Part shown: positions 9,325 through 17,779 of the stretch, piece by piece
Layout: every line of letters starts with the position of its first letter
Position numbering within the stretch: the first letter of the stretch is position 1
NCBI GenBank assembly: GCA_017467305.1
Contig: JAFTSM010000065.1
Span: forward strand, 1,353 to 65,352
Reading direction: 5' to 3'
Source of the DNA: Candidatus Gastranaerophilales bacterium
GTDB taxonomy: Bacteria > Cyanobacteriota > Vampirovibrionia > Gastranaerophilales > Gastranaerophilaceae
Length of the DNA stretch: 64,000 nt
Notes under the pieces: model-generated
Database searches by the model: none
The model's input: the letters and a program-made list of their open reading frames with translations, nothing else
What the model was told of the DNA's origin: nothing
Made by a program: the position numbers and the translations under genes

Positions 9325-9352
9325 TAAAGAAAATTTTAATATCTGTCGATTA
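9325..9352 (+). promoter_or_regulatory. sigma28-like promoter (weaker match)
   Basis: TAAAGAAA (9325-9332), a 12-nt spacer, then GTCGATTA (9345-9352; 6 of 8 matches to GCCGATAA). AAGGAG and the ATG at 9388 lie downstream. Confidence 0.45.
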
Positions 9353-9387
9353 GAAGTCATAGTGTATAGAAAAGGAGTAAAAAATCT

Positions 9388-11436
9388 ATGGCTGACATGA
9401 ATGTAAACCAAAGCAATATTGAAAAAATTGCTCAATATCTGCAGCAAAATGGTGAATCGACAAAAGAAGTTAGTAGTAAAGAAGTGGAATCTGTTTTTAA
9501 CACTATGTCTGGTAATGGAGCAGAAGCTGTTGAAACAGAAGAATTTGCTACTACTCTTGCAGAAACATTTCTAGAAAGAGAAATTGAAGACATCGAGGAT
9601 GATTATCTAGCTGCGTGGGAAGACTTTGCAGCTTCTGATGGTGAAAAAGGTAAATTATCTTCTGATGATATGAAACTTGTATCAGATCTTCTTGATGCTT
9701 ATAAAGAAAGCAAGTTGCCAGATGATTGGAAAGTTGAGGATGGCGTAGTTTACGATGCAAGTGGTAAAGAAGTTGTTGCAACTGACCATAAAGATTTACC
9801 AGAAGGTCATAAAATAACAGACGACGGTAAAATTTTAGATTCAGAGGGTAATCAAATCGGTGTAGTTGCAGAAACTGAAGTTTATGACCCAGAAACTGGC
9901 AAATATAATACGGTTGAGTCATTCTATACTTATCCAAAGGAAGAAGCTACTGAAAAAACAGAAAAACCTGTTTCTAAAGCTGATTTACCGGAAGGATATT
10001 CAATTACAGATGACGGTAAAATCTTAGATAAAGACGGTAAAGAAATTGGTAGAACTGAAGTTTCGTATGAAGATGCAACATCTGACGGAGTAAATGATAA
10101 GGTTACTCAATACTTCTTGTATGAAGAAAAATCTGAGCTTCCAGAAGGTTGGACTGAAGATGAAAATGGAGTAATTAAAGATGAAAATGGTCGTGAATTA
10201 TCTCCAGTAGATGCACAAACAATTGACGAAGGTAATTATGATGTCAAAGACGGTGTTATCTATAATGAATTTGGTCAAGAAGTTGGACGTGTAGTTTCTC
10301 AAGAAAGTGATGCGATTGGTGAAGATGGAGTTCCAGAAACTGTAGCTTCTTATTATCTATATAACGACGTACCAGAAGTTAAAGAAGTACAAATTCCACC
10401 TTCAGAATTGCCAGAAGGTTATACAATAACCGATGACGGTAAGATTTTAGATAAAGATGGAAATGTATTTGGTTGCATAAAAGAAACTTATATTGATGCT
10501 GCAAATGGCGACGGTGTTAATGATAAAGTTACTCAATATTTTAAATATGAGGAAGTGCCAGCTGAAGAAACCAAGTTACCGGAAGGTTGGACTGAAAATG
10601 AAGACGGTACTGTAACTGATGATAAAGGAAACAAATTATTGCCAGTCGATGCTGAAGTAATCGATAATGGCGATTATGAGGTTAAAGATGGAAAAATTTA
10701 CGATAAAACAACTGGCAATGAAGTTGGACGTGTAGTTTCTCAAGAAACAGATGCTATCGATGAAGAAGGTGAACCAGTTGATGAAACTGTAGATTCATAT
10801 TACTTATATCAGACAGAAACTGTAGAAGACCCGCAACCTGTAGCAGAAACTCCAACAACAGAAGAATTGCCAGAATTAGAAGCTGGTAATGAAGAAGGTT
10901 CAGAAGAAAAATCTGTGATTACTGATGAAGCAGCAGCACAATTTGCTAAACAATTGTATGACACAACAGCTGGTCGTTTGGGTACAGATGATGAACAGTT
11001 TATGGATATTCTTGAAAATCCAGACCTAACATCTGATGACTGGGTAAAAATTATTTCTGCATACAATGAATCATATGGTAGCTTTATCCAAGACGTAGAT
11101 GCTGATTTCTCAGCTATGTCTGGCAAAGAGGATATAATGACTAGCATTACTTCTAAATTATTAGAAGCTGCAGAAGGTGGTAGCGAAGAGGCTATTAATC
11201 TGTTGGCAAAAGAGTTCCATAATGGTACAGCTGGCATGACTGGTACTGCAGATGAATTTATCTCAGCATTTATGAATGGTGCTAGTGATGATGTCTTAAT
11301 GGCTGTAATGGAATCATATTCAGAAGTAAATGAAGGTGCTAATATCTATGATGCTGTTAAAAAAGATTTCTCTGGTCAAATTGAAGATTCATACATTGCT
11401 AGATTAAATGAAATCTTAGCTAAAATGCGAGAATAA
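9388..11436 (+). CDS. large acidic repeat protein with two C-terminal annexin-like repeats
   Basis: The N-terminal region aligns with the 6394 protein (EDDYLAAWEDFAASDGEKGKLSSDDMKLVS vs EEDYLEAFEAIAGLDGEEGLSEEDIESVS). It has LPEGY/LPEGW repeats. C-terminal motifs are GRLGTDDEQFMDIL...YNESYGSFIQDVDADFS and GMTGTADEFISAFM...YSEVNEGANIYDAVKKDFSG. Confidence 0.7.
   Translation: MADMNVNQSNIEKIAQYLQQNGESTKEVSSKEVESVFNTMSGNGAEAVETEEFATTLAETFLEREIEDIEDDYLAAWEDFAASDGEKGKLSSDDMKLVSDLLDAYKESKLPDDWKVEDGVVYDASGKEVVATDHKDLPEGHKITDDGKILDSEGNQIGVVAETEVYDPETGKYNTVESFYTYPKEEATEKTEKPVSKADLPEGYSITDDGKILDKDGKEIGRTEVSYEDATSDGVNDKVTQYFLYEEKSELPEGWTEDENGVIKDENGRELSPVDAQTIDEGNYDVKDGVIYNEFGQEVGRVVSQESDAIGEDGVPETVASYYLYNDVPEVKEVQIPPSELPEGYTITDDGKILDKDGNVFGCIKETYIDAANGDGVNDKVTQYFKYEEVPAEETKLPEGWTENEDGTVTDDKGNKLLPVDAEVIDNGDYEVKDGKIYDKTTGNEVGRVVSQETDAIDEEGEPVDETVDSYYLYQTETVEDPQPVAETPTTEELPELEAGNEEGSEEKSVITDEAAAQFAKQLYDTTAGRLGTDDEQFMDILENPDLTSDDWVKIISAYNESYGSFIQDVDADFSAMSGKEDIMTSITSKLLEAAEGGSEEAINLLAKEFHNGTAGMTGTADEFISAFMNGASDDVLMAVMESYSEVNEGANIYDAVKKDFSGQIEDSYIARLNEILAKMRE
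9982..10818 (+). repeat. tandem duplication of a ~423-nt (~140-aa) unit inside the CDS
   Basis: Copy 1 starts at ~9982 (DLPEGYSITDDGKILDKDGKEIG...VTQYFLYEE...LPEGWTEDENG...GRVVSQESDAIGEDG...SYYLY). Copy 2 starts at ~10405 (ELPEGYTITDDGKILDKDGNVFG...VTQYFKYEE...LPEGWTENEDG...GRVVSQETDAIDEEG...SYYLY). The 28-nt string GAAGTTGGACGTGTAGTTTCTCAAGAAA occurs in both. Confidence 0.75.
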
Positions 11437-11458
11437 TATTAATATTCAAAATCAAAAA

Positions 11459-11484
11459 GACGGACTTAGTTGTCCGTCTTTTTT
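11459..11484. terminator. bidirectional intrinsic terminator
   Basis: GACGGAC (11459-11465), loop, GTCCGTC (11472-11478), then T6. An A-run lies upstream. It sits between convergent genes. Confidence 0.75.
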
Positions 11485-11487
11485 GTA

Positions 11488-13029
11488 TTAAAATTTAATA
11501 TCTGTATTGAATAGTGTTATATTGTAATATTCATCATCTGTTCTTGGATAGATATATTTATCTTTAACTTTTTCCGTTGGAACAAATACTCCAGCGATAT
11601 TATTTTCGAAAACCAAAGTCCAATCTTTACTGTTTAATAGTTTGTCAAAAATAGGATATTCTGCATCAATAATCATAATATCTGTCTTGTATTCTTTTAG
11701 AATTTTATCCCAATTATTTTTAATCATATTAAAGTTATTTATATCTACTAATAAAGAAGGGTCATATACTTCTTCGTATCTTCCATCCATTGAGATTAAA
11801 TTATGTGGGTATAATTTATATGCTATATAACTTCCCCAGTTAAAACTTGTGAGTAAATTCCCTTTTAGTTCATTTATTTTGACAAATTCAACAGCATATC
11901 TTGGATATTTAGTAGATGTTATTTCTATTAGTTTGTCTTTTTCTAAAATTGGAGGTATTGATATGATTAATAGAATAAAGTAAATGATAACTTCTTTTGC
12001 AAGTATAAACGTTTTGATATTATCTTCATTTTTGATATTAAATTTATCTTGAATTTTTGCAATTAATGAATTGAATAATGAGTAAAACTCATCATACAAA
12101 AGAGTTCCTACTGCAAAAATAAAGAAGGTATGATGTCTTATATGTGTTACAGATAAGTATGTCATTGCTAAAATTATGAGTAATTTTGTTTTATCAAGTT
12201 TTTCATAATTTATTTTGTTCTTTATTAGGTATGCAACTTGGATAAATATCATAGATATAAGGTACAGTTTATATCTTATAAATAGCCCCATATTCTTTGC
12301 AATAAAGGAACTCCGCCATTCCGTAATCATTTCTCTTTTCATTGTTGTTGCAAAGAAAAGGAATTTTACATATTCAAAACCATATGGATTTATAAATAAA
12401 GCACCTAAACAGCCTAATAAAGTATAGATGTATTCTTTAAATGATTTTTTATTTAAAAATTCACCAACTATATATAAGCCTATAAGTCCTATACCACTCA
12501 TACAACCACCGTGTATGTTACTCCATATAATCATTAAAAAGGGGAGTAAGAATAGTTGCTTTTTCTTTCCAGTTCTTGATAACTCTAATATGTATAAGAA
12601 AATGGAAAAGAATACACAAGTGAAAAGTAGGCATCTTGTAGTCGGACCAAGGTTTTTATATGCAACCAAAAACATAATTGCAAAGTATGCTATGTTATAA
12701 GGAATTGTTGATTGTGGTTTTCTTATTTCAACTGTTTTGTAGCAGAAAAATAGTGTTATTCCAGCAAGTAATCCCTTTAATATAATCAATCCAGAGTGAC
12801 CAAAATATTTAAGTGCTAAGTAGAAAAATACACTTGCGCCCCATTCGTGATCATACCAAGGATGTGTTTTTGTATATGAAAGAAAATCGTACTTTAGAAC
12901 ACTTAGTTTCTCTACTATGTGTGCACCTGCAATTAATCGTGCCCATAAATCATTGTCTGGATAGCAGTTAAGACAACAAAGTCCAATACACAATATAAAT
13001 AGTGTTGCTATAAATAGTATTTTTTTCAT
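11488..13029 (-). CDS. polytopic membrane protein, possible GT-C-type glycosyltransferase
   Basis: 513 aa with more than 10 predicted hydrophobic helices. The N-terminus has DLWARLIAG...DFLSYT...WYDHEWGA, and there is a soluble C-terminal ~130 aa. The family assignment is only a guess. Confidence 0.45.
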   Translation of the reverse strand: MKKILFIATLFILCIGLCCLNCYPDNDLWARLIAGAHIVEKLSVLKYDFLSYTKTHPWYDHEWGASVFFYLALKYFGHSGLIILKGLLAGITLFFCYKTVEIRKPQSTIPYNIAYFAIMFLVAYKNLGPTTRCLLFTCVFFSIFLYILELSRTGKKKQLFLLPFLMIIWSNIHGGCMSGIGLIGLYIVGEFLNKKSFKEYIYTLLGCLGALFINPYGFEYVKFLFFATTMKREMITEWRSSFIAKNMGLFIRYKLYLISMIFIQVAYLIKNKINYEKLDKTKLLIILAMTYLSVTHIRHHTFFIFAVGTLLYDEFYSLFNSLIAKIQDKFNIKNEDNIKTFILAKEVIIYFILLIISIPPILEKDKLIEITSTKYPRYAVEFVKINELKGNLLTSFNWGSYIAYKLYPHNLISMDGRYEEVYDPSLLVDINNFNMIKNNWDKILKEYKTDIMIIDAEYPIFDKLLNSKDWTLVFENNIAGVFVPTEKVKDKYIYPRTDDEYYNITLFNTDIKF

Positions 13030-13073
13030 ATATCCCCTCGTCCCTCTTGATAATTATATCATTAATTTTTGAA

Positions 13074-13106
13074 TAAAAAAAAGAAGCGATTTTCTCGCTT
13101 CTTTTT
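13074..13106 (-). terminator. intrinsic terminator after the 178-aa gene
   Basis: GAAGCGA (13083-13089) pairs with TCGCTTC (13095-13101). On the minus strand it is followed by T9. Confidence 0.75.
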
Positions 13107-13109
13107 ATA

Positions 13110-13646
13110 TTATTTTCTTTCGTGGATTATATTTATTTTTCTTAAATTTCCACTATGCTTGAATACATTCAATGGGCTTTCTTTTCCAAAATTTCTACGC
13201 CACTCTTTCATAAATGTTTTGTCTTTCATAAGCATTTTGACATAGTTTAGGTTGTTTTCAAAAACCATTGCTTTGTTCAATATGTCAGAAACATAGCCTA
13301 AATCATTTTCGGCAATTGCTCTTATATAGTGACTGTATAAACTTTCTTGATATTTGCCACTTCTTTTTGAAAAGCCGGTTTTGTTAACTCCTACAATTCT
13401 AAAAAATTCTTTTTCTGTAATTGTATTTGAATATGGATTTAGTGAATCTTTGTTGATTGAAACAAATTCTATATTTTCTCCAGTATTAAAGAAACTGTAT
13501 TGATTGCTTTCTTCTGTTCTAAATGCAGAATTTAATTTGTAAAAACTATCTTCAGTTAATAACTCTGAAATGAAATTCTCAACAGTATTAACTTCATCTA
13601 AATTGATTTCGATATTATTAGCTAGGGCTGTTTTCTTTTTAGTCAT
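13110..13646 (-). CDS. hypothetical protein (sigma28-promoter-driven)
   Basis: 178-aa ORF with AGGAG SD at 13653-13657 (reverse strand). No recognisable domain and no signal peptide. Confidence 0.6.
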   Translation of the reverse strand: MTKKKTALANNIEINLDEVNTVENFISELLTEDSFYKLNSAFRTEESNQYSFFNTGENIEFVSINKDSLNPYSNTITEKEFFRIVGVNKTGFSKRSGKYQESLYSHYIRAIAENDLGYVSDILNKAMVFENNLNYVKMLMKDKTFMKEWRRNFGKESPLNVFKHSGNLRKINIIHERK

Positions 13647-13685
13647 TAAATTCTCCTATCCAATTTTCTTTCGTCCATGCTCTTT

Positions 13686-13712
13686 ATATCGGCATTTTTA
13701 TATTTTTCTTTA
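13686..13712 (-). promoter_or_regulatory. sigma28 (FliA/SigD)-type promoter
   Basis: The minus strand reads TAAAGAAA-aatataaaaat-GCCGATAT, which equals the B. subtilis SigD consensus TAAA-N15-GCCGATAT. It is ~40 nt upstream of the ATG at 13646. Confidence 0.7.
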
Positions 13713-13886
13713 GTCTGCAATTGTCTTTTTTTTGTTTTGTTAATATTTCTTAATTATCAAAAAAATGATGTCAATTTTTCTTTGCGTATATACTTTATAT
13801 ATATAAGCAAAGGTGAAAAAGATGAAAACATTCTTCAAATTTATTAATAGACGTAAAAGATTTTCAACATTCGTATTGTTGAATAT

Positions 13887-15179
13887 TTAGTATGGGTAAA
13901 TACAGAAGAATATTAGAGATATAGCCAACATAATCCAAGTAATTATGTTGGTTTCGTTTCTGTGACCGCATAATACTTTTACTATTGGGTAAATAATAAA
14001 TGCTGCAATAATACCTACACCGATGTTGTAAGTAAAAATCATTATGCTTATTGTTAAAATAGATGTTGCTAATTCTGAAATATCATCAAAATCTATTTTA
14101 GAAATTGTACTTGTCATTAATATACCAACATATAGTAATGCTGGAGCATAGGCATAAGAAGGAATTATTTTAATAATTGGGGTAAAGAGTAACCCAATTA
14201 AAAATAATATGCCAACTGTCGTTGCAGTAAGTCCGGTTCTTCCACCAGCACTAATTCCGGTCATCGAGTCTAAATAAGCACCAGGAGTTGTTGTTCCCAT
14301 TAATGGTGCCAAAATAACAGATATTGAGTCTGCTATCATTGATTTTTTATTATCTGTTTTGTTATTTTCTTTATATGATAAACCAATTATTCCACCAGCT
14401 GTATCTATGTTTACTAGTAGAAAAATTACAAAGAACATAGATATAAATTTAGGGTCTAGCAGTCCTTTAAAATCTAGCTGGAATAATGAAGGTTGTATGC
14501 TTGCTGGTAATGAAATAACTTTTTCTGGTAAATGAACATCGCCAAGTATAATTCCGATGAAAGTTGTTACGAAAATTGATATTATAATTGCTGCTTTAAT
14601 TTGTTTTTTTACGAGTACGATGAGTAAAATAAAACAAAAAAGTCCAAGAATTACTGGTAATGAGGTAAAATTACCAGTTTCAAGTGGGATGTTTTTTGTT
14701 GTGAAATTAACAATTCCAATATCTCTAAGTGCTATAAAAATAAAAAATAAACCTAGACCTGTGCAGAATGAGATTTTTATATTTTCTGGAATTTTTTCTA
14801 CTATGTATGTTCTGATGTTTGTTAAAGTCATTGTTAATAATAAAAGACCACAAATAAAAATTGCTGCAAAAACAGTTTTTATTGAGAAACCCAGAGCACA
14901 AACAACTGTATATGAAATAAATGCTGTTTCCCCTAAAAAAGGTGCAATAGCGTAGGGTTTATTTGCAATGAATGCAATTAAAAGACTTCCTATAAATACC
15001 ATTAATGCTGTCACTGTTAATGTTGAACTAAAATCCATACCAGCGTATTCTAAAATTTTCGGGCTTAGAATGAGCATGTATGACATTGTAAAAAATGTTG
15101 TTAATCCTGCAAGCATTTCTGTTTTGATAGATGTGTTTTTTTCTTTTAATTTAAATATTTTTTCAATATAGTTAATCAT
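13887..15179 (-). CDS. NCS2-family purine (adenine/guanine/hypoxanthine) permease, AzgA/PbuG-like
   Basis: The N-terminus FKLKEKNTSIKTEMLAGLTTFFTMSYMLILSP and a ~13-TM profile are typical of AzgA-like permeases. Confidence 0.85.
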   Translation of the reverse strand: MINYIEKIFKLKEKNTSIKTEMLAGLTTFFTMSYMLILSPKILEYAGMDFSSTLTVTALMVFIGSLLIAFIANKPYAIAPFLGETAFISYTVVCALGFSIKTVFAAIFICGLLLLTMTLTNIRTYIVEKIPENIKISFCTGLGLFFIFIALRDIGIVNFTTKNIPLETGNFTSLPVILGLFCFILLIVLVKKQIKAAIIISIFVTTFIGIILGDVHLPEKVISLPASIQPSLFQLDFKGLLDPKFISMFFVIFLLVNIDTAGGIIGLSYKENNKTDNKKSMIADSISVILAPLMGTTTPGAYLDSMTGISAGGRTGLTATTVGILFLIGLLFTPIIKIIPSYAYAPALLYVGILMTSTISKIDFDDISELATSILTISIMIFTYNIGVGIIAAFIIYPIVKVLCGHRNETNIITWIMLAISLIFFCIYPY

Positions 15180-16387
15180 AAAAAGCTCTCAAGTTTTTTT
15201 ATAGTTTTTTCATCGAAAGTTTCTTCTATCGAGGTATTTGCTTCTAACATTAGTTTTGCTTTTTCTTTTAGTATATCATTAATTCTGTTGTAATTTTTAT
15301 TTATAGGAGTTGGTTTTGAATTTACAATTGTATCTATAAATACTTTGTTTTTGGGGTTTGTAGTTACAAATACTTTTGCTGAGTCTATTCTTGCTGGAAC
15401 GATTAAACCAGATTGTGTTAGTTTGTTAGTTGTTTCATATGATGATAAATGTTTAATTAATTTTATAGCGTATTCCTTATTTTTTGCATTTCTCGAAATT
15501 GCCCAGCCAGAAGAATCAATGTAAACTTTATTGTTTTGTGAAGGAAATTTTGCAATATTCCAATCAAAATCTATAACTTCTGAAAACTTAGGAAACATCC
15601 ATCTTCCACCTAAATACATTGCGATTTTCCCGTCAATAAACATTTGTGCAGTAGTCATACTTCCTGCTTCTGCTTTGCTAGGTGCTATTTTGTATTTGTG
15701 TATGTAATCTTTATAAAGGTTGAGTGATTCAATACTTTCTTTTTTGTTTATAATAATTTCTTTTTTGTCGTCAGAAATTATTCCTCCACCATTAGAGGAT
15801 AGGAAAAACATCCAATATAAAGGATTATCTTCACAATTTATTCCCCAAGTATTTTTAGTTGTTATTTTTTTTGTAAGCTCTGTTAATTCTTTTATATTTT
15901 GAATTTCATTTGGAAATTTTACTTTGTTTTTTTTGAAAATATCTTTGTTATAGTACAAAACCATATTTGAGATGTCTCTTGGTATTGCATATAATTTGTT
16001 ATCTCTTTTAAAGCAGTTTAATGCTTCATTATAATATTCTTTTTCTATAGTTGGAAAATATTTAGATAAGTCTTCAAGTAAATTTGCGTTTGCATATAAC
16101 TGAATATTTTGGTTATTCATAAAAATAACATCTGGTGCTAAGTTTGATGCAAATAATAAATGGACTTTTTGAAAATAATTTTGAGGGATATGAATTAACT
16201 CTACTTTTATTTTGTTTTCTTTTTCAAAGTCACTAATTATATTATTCAAAATTGAAATTTCACTCTGTGAACCCCAAGTGGCAAAAGTGACTGTATTTTT
16301 CTCTTCTGAATTTTTTCTTGTAATGAAATTTAAAAAGAATAAACAGAAAATTAAAACAATTGAAGAGATAACAATTATTTTTTTCAT
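15176..16387 (-). CDS. ABC transporter extracellular solute-binding protein (family 1, sugar type)
   Basis: Signal/anchor peptide. TFATWGSQSE..., ...GGRWMFP... and ...DSSGWAISRNAKNKEYA resemble family-1 SBP motifs. No permease or ATPase genes are adjacent. Confidence 0.75.
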   Translation of the reverse strand: MKKIIVISSIVLIFCLFFLNFITRKNSEEKNTVTFATWGSQSEISILNNIISDFEKENKIKVELIHIPQNYFQKVHLLFASNLAPDVIFMNNQNIQLYANANLLEDLSKYFPTIEKEYYNEALNCFKRDNKLYAIPRDISNMVLYYNKDIFKKNKVKFPNEIQNIKELTELTKKITTKNTWGINCEDNPLYWMFFLSSNGGGIISDDKKEIIINKKESIESLNLYKDYIHKYKIAPSKAEAGSMTTAQMFIDGKIAMYLGGRWMFPKFSEVIDFDWNIAKFPSQNNKVYIDSSGWAISRNAKNKEYAIKLIKHLSSYETTNKLTQSGLIVPARIDSAKVFVTTNPKNKVFIDTIVNSKPTPINKNYNRINDILKEKAKLMLEANTSIEETFDEKTIKKLESFL

Positions 16388-16390
16388 GTT

Positions 16391-17578
16391 TTATAGTACA
16401 GCCGTTTCTCTCATTCCAGTATTAGAAATTTCTATCATAGCTTTGTAAGAATCCATTCTTACAATGTATTGTTCATTTCCATTTTGTGCTCTGTCGTAAA
16501 ATCTTGCTTGTAGATTAATTTGGCTCAAATCAATGAATTTTTTAAGTAGGAATACGTTATCACCAACAAAACCAAATAGCGCAAACATGTCATTATCCGC
16601 TGTAGTCAAATAAAAACCTTTATTAGGAGTTATATTCAATACTGATAATAGTTCTGGTTCGTCTTTATTTTCTTTAACAGCTTCTTTGTTTTGAACTGTA
16701 TTTGGTAAATCTTCAACAACTGGCAGAGAAAATTCATTGTTTTCTTCTGTGTATTTTCTTTGCATTGGATTAGTTTGTTTCGATTTTAAAGTTCTTTCTT
16801 TCATTATGTTAGATGTTTGTTTAAGAGTGCTTTTGAATTCATAGCTAGATTGTTTTGGCTCTTCAGCAAGTGGTATATCAAAGCAACTAAAAGAATCGCT
16901 ATCTGCTGTTTTAAGATTTTTCTTAATATTTACTTTTGGTAAAATTGGTCTTTGTGGAGTATTATCAACACCAGTAGAACGACTGTATATGTAGTCTTGT
17001 GGTGAATTTAAATAACTTGAAGGGAAATGTGTATAAGTTACTGATTTATTTTGTTTCTTTGACTTCATAAACATTCTAAGCGTAAAGAATAGCATTAATG
17101 CAAGCGCTATTATTATTACAAAAGAATAAAAGTTTACAAATAAAAATGGTAATGAACTTGTTTTTGGCTCTTCTGTTTTTGCTAATAGTCTAATTGCATA
17201 GTCATTTGCAATATCTACAGTTAGTTTTACATAGTTTGATTGTTCAGAATCTTTCTTTATGAAAGGTTTTTCTTCCATGCTTACTTTTACAATATCACTG
17301 TCTTCATTATTTACGTATATAAGCTTTGTTTTCTTAGGATTAATAATTGTGTCCGGAATGAATACATTATAAATCCCTTGTTGTTTCTTTTGTAAAAAAG
17401 CGTTGCTTGTAAATTGTTTGTCAAAATACAGGTTGAAATTGAAGCTGTTATCAGCAGTTGGTTCAATTACAATTTTAGTTAAAACGCTTGGTGCTGTTTC
17501 TGTTGCAAAAACGGAAATTGCAAAGAAAAAGAAAACAAAAACCAATGTAAATAATTTAAAACATATGTTATTTTTCAT
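16391..17578 (-). CDS. hypothetical secreted/membrane-anchored protein
   Basis: N-terminal signal peptide (FTLVFVFFFFAISVFA) and one internal TM (FVNFYSFVIIIALALMLFFTL). No recognisable domain. Confidence 0.55.
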   Translation of the reverse strand: MKNNICFKLFTLVFVFFFFAISVFATETAPSVLTKIVIEPTADNSFNFNLYFDKQFTSNAFLQKKQQGIYNVFIPDTIINPKKTKLIYVNNEDSDIVKVSMEEKPFIKKDSEQSNYVKLTVDIANDYAIRLLAKTEEPKTSSLPFLFVNFYSFVIIIALALMLFFTLRMFMKSKKQNKSVTYTHFPSSYLNSPQDYIYSRSTGVDNTPQRPILPKVNIKKNLKTADSDSFSCFDIPLAEEPKQSSYEFKSTLKQTSNIMKERTLKSKQTNPMQRKYTEENNEFSLPVVEDLPNTVQNKEAVKENKDEPELLSVLNITPNKGFYLTTADNDMFALFGFVGDNVFLLKKFIDLSQINLQARFYDRAQNGNEQYIVRMDSYKAMIEISNTGMRETAVL

Positions 17579-17779
17579 ATTTAATTTTACCTTTAGTGGG
17601 CACTATATTCTTAACCAATCAAAACGATGACATGAACATTAAAACATTAAAATATATTTTTTGTCACTTTTGCAAAGAAAAGCAACAATATAATTATATA
17701 ATTTATGGTTAAATATGTCGTTAAATGTTGAAAGTTTGTTAAAATTTTGTTATGATTTTACAACGAAAAGGCGATAATT

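Noticed and set aside
13822-13890. 22-codon ORF (MKTFFKFINRRKRFSTFVLLNI) with an AGGTGA SD in the 240-nt intergenic region
   Set aside because: It is very short and overlaps the 3' end of the permease gene on the other strand. No conservation evidence is available. It might be real but cannot be supported from sequence alone.
17770-17777. GGCGATAA (7 of 8 match to the sigma28 -10) just before the receiver-STAS gene
   Set aside because: It ends 2 nt before the ATG, and no TAAA element lies at N15 or N11 spacing upstream. It is probably a chance match.
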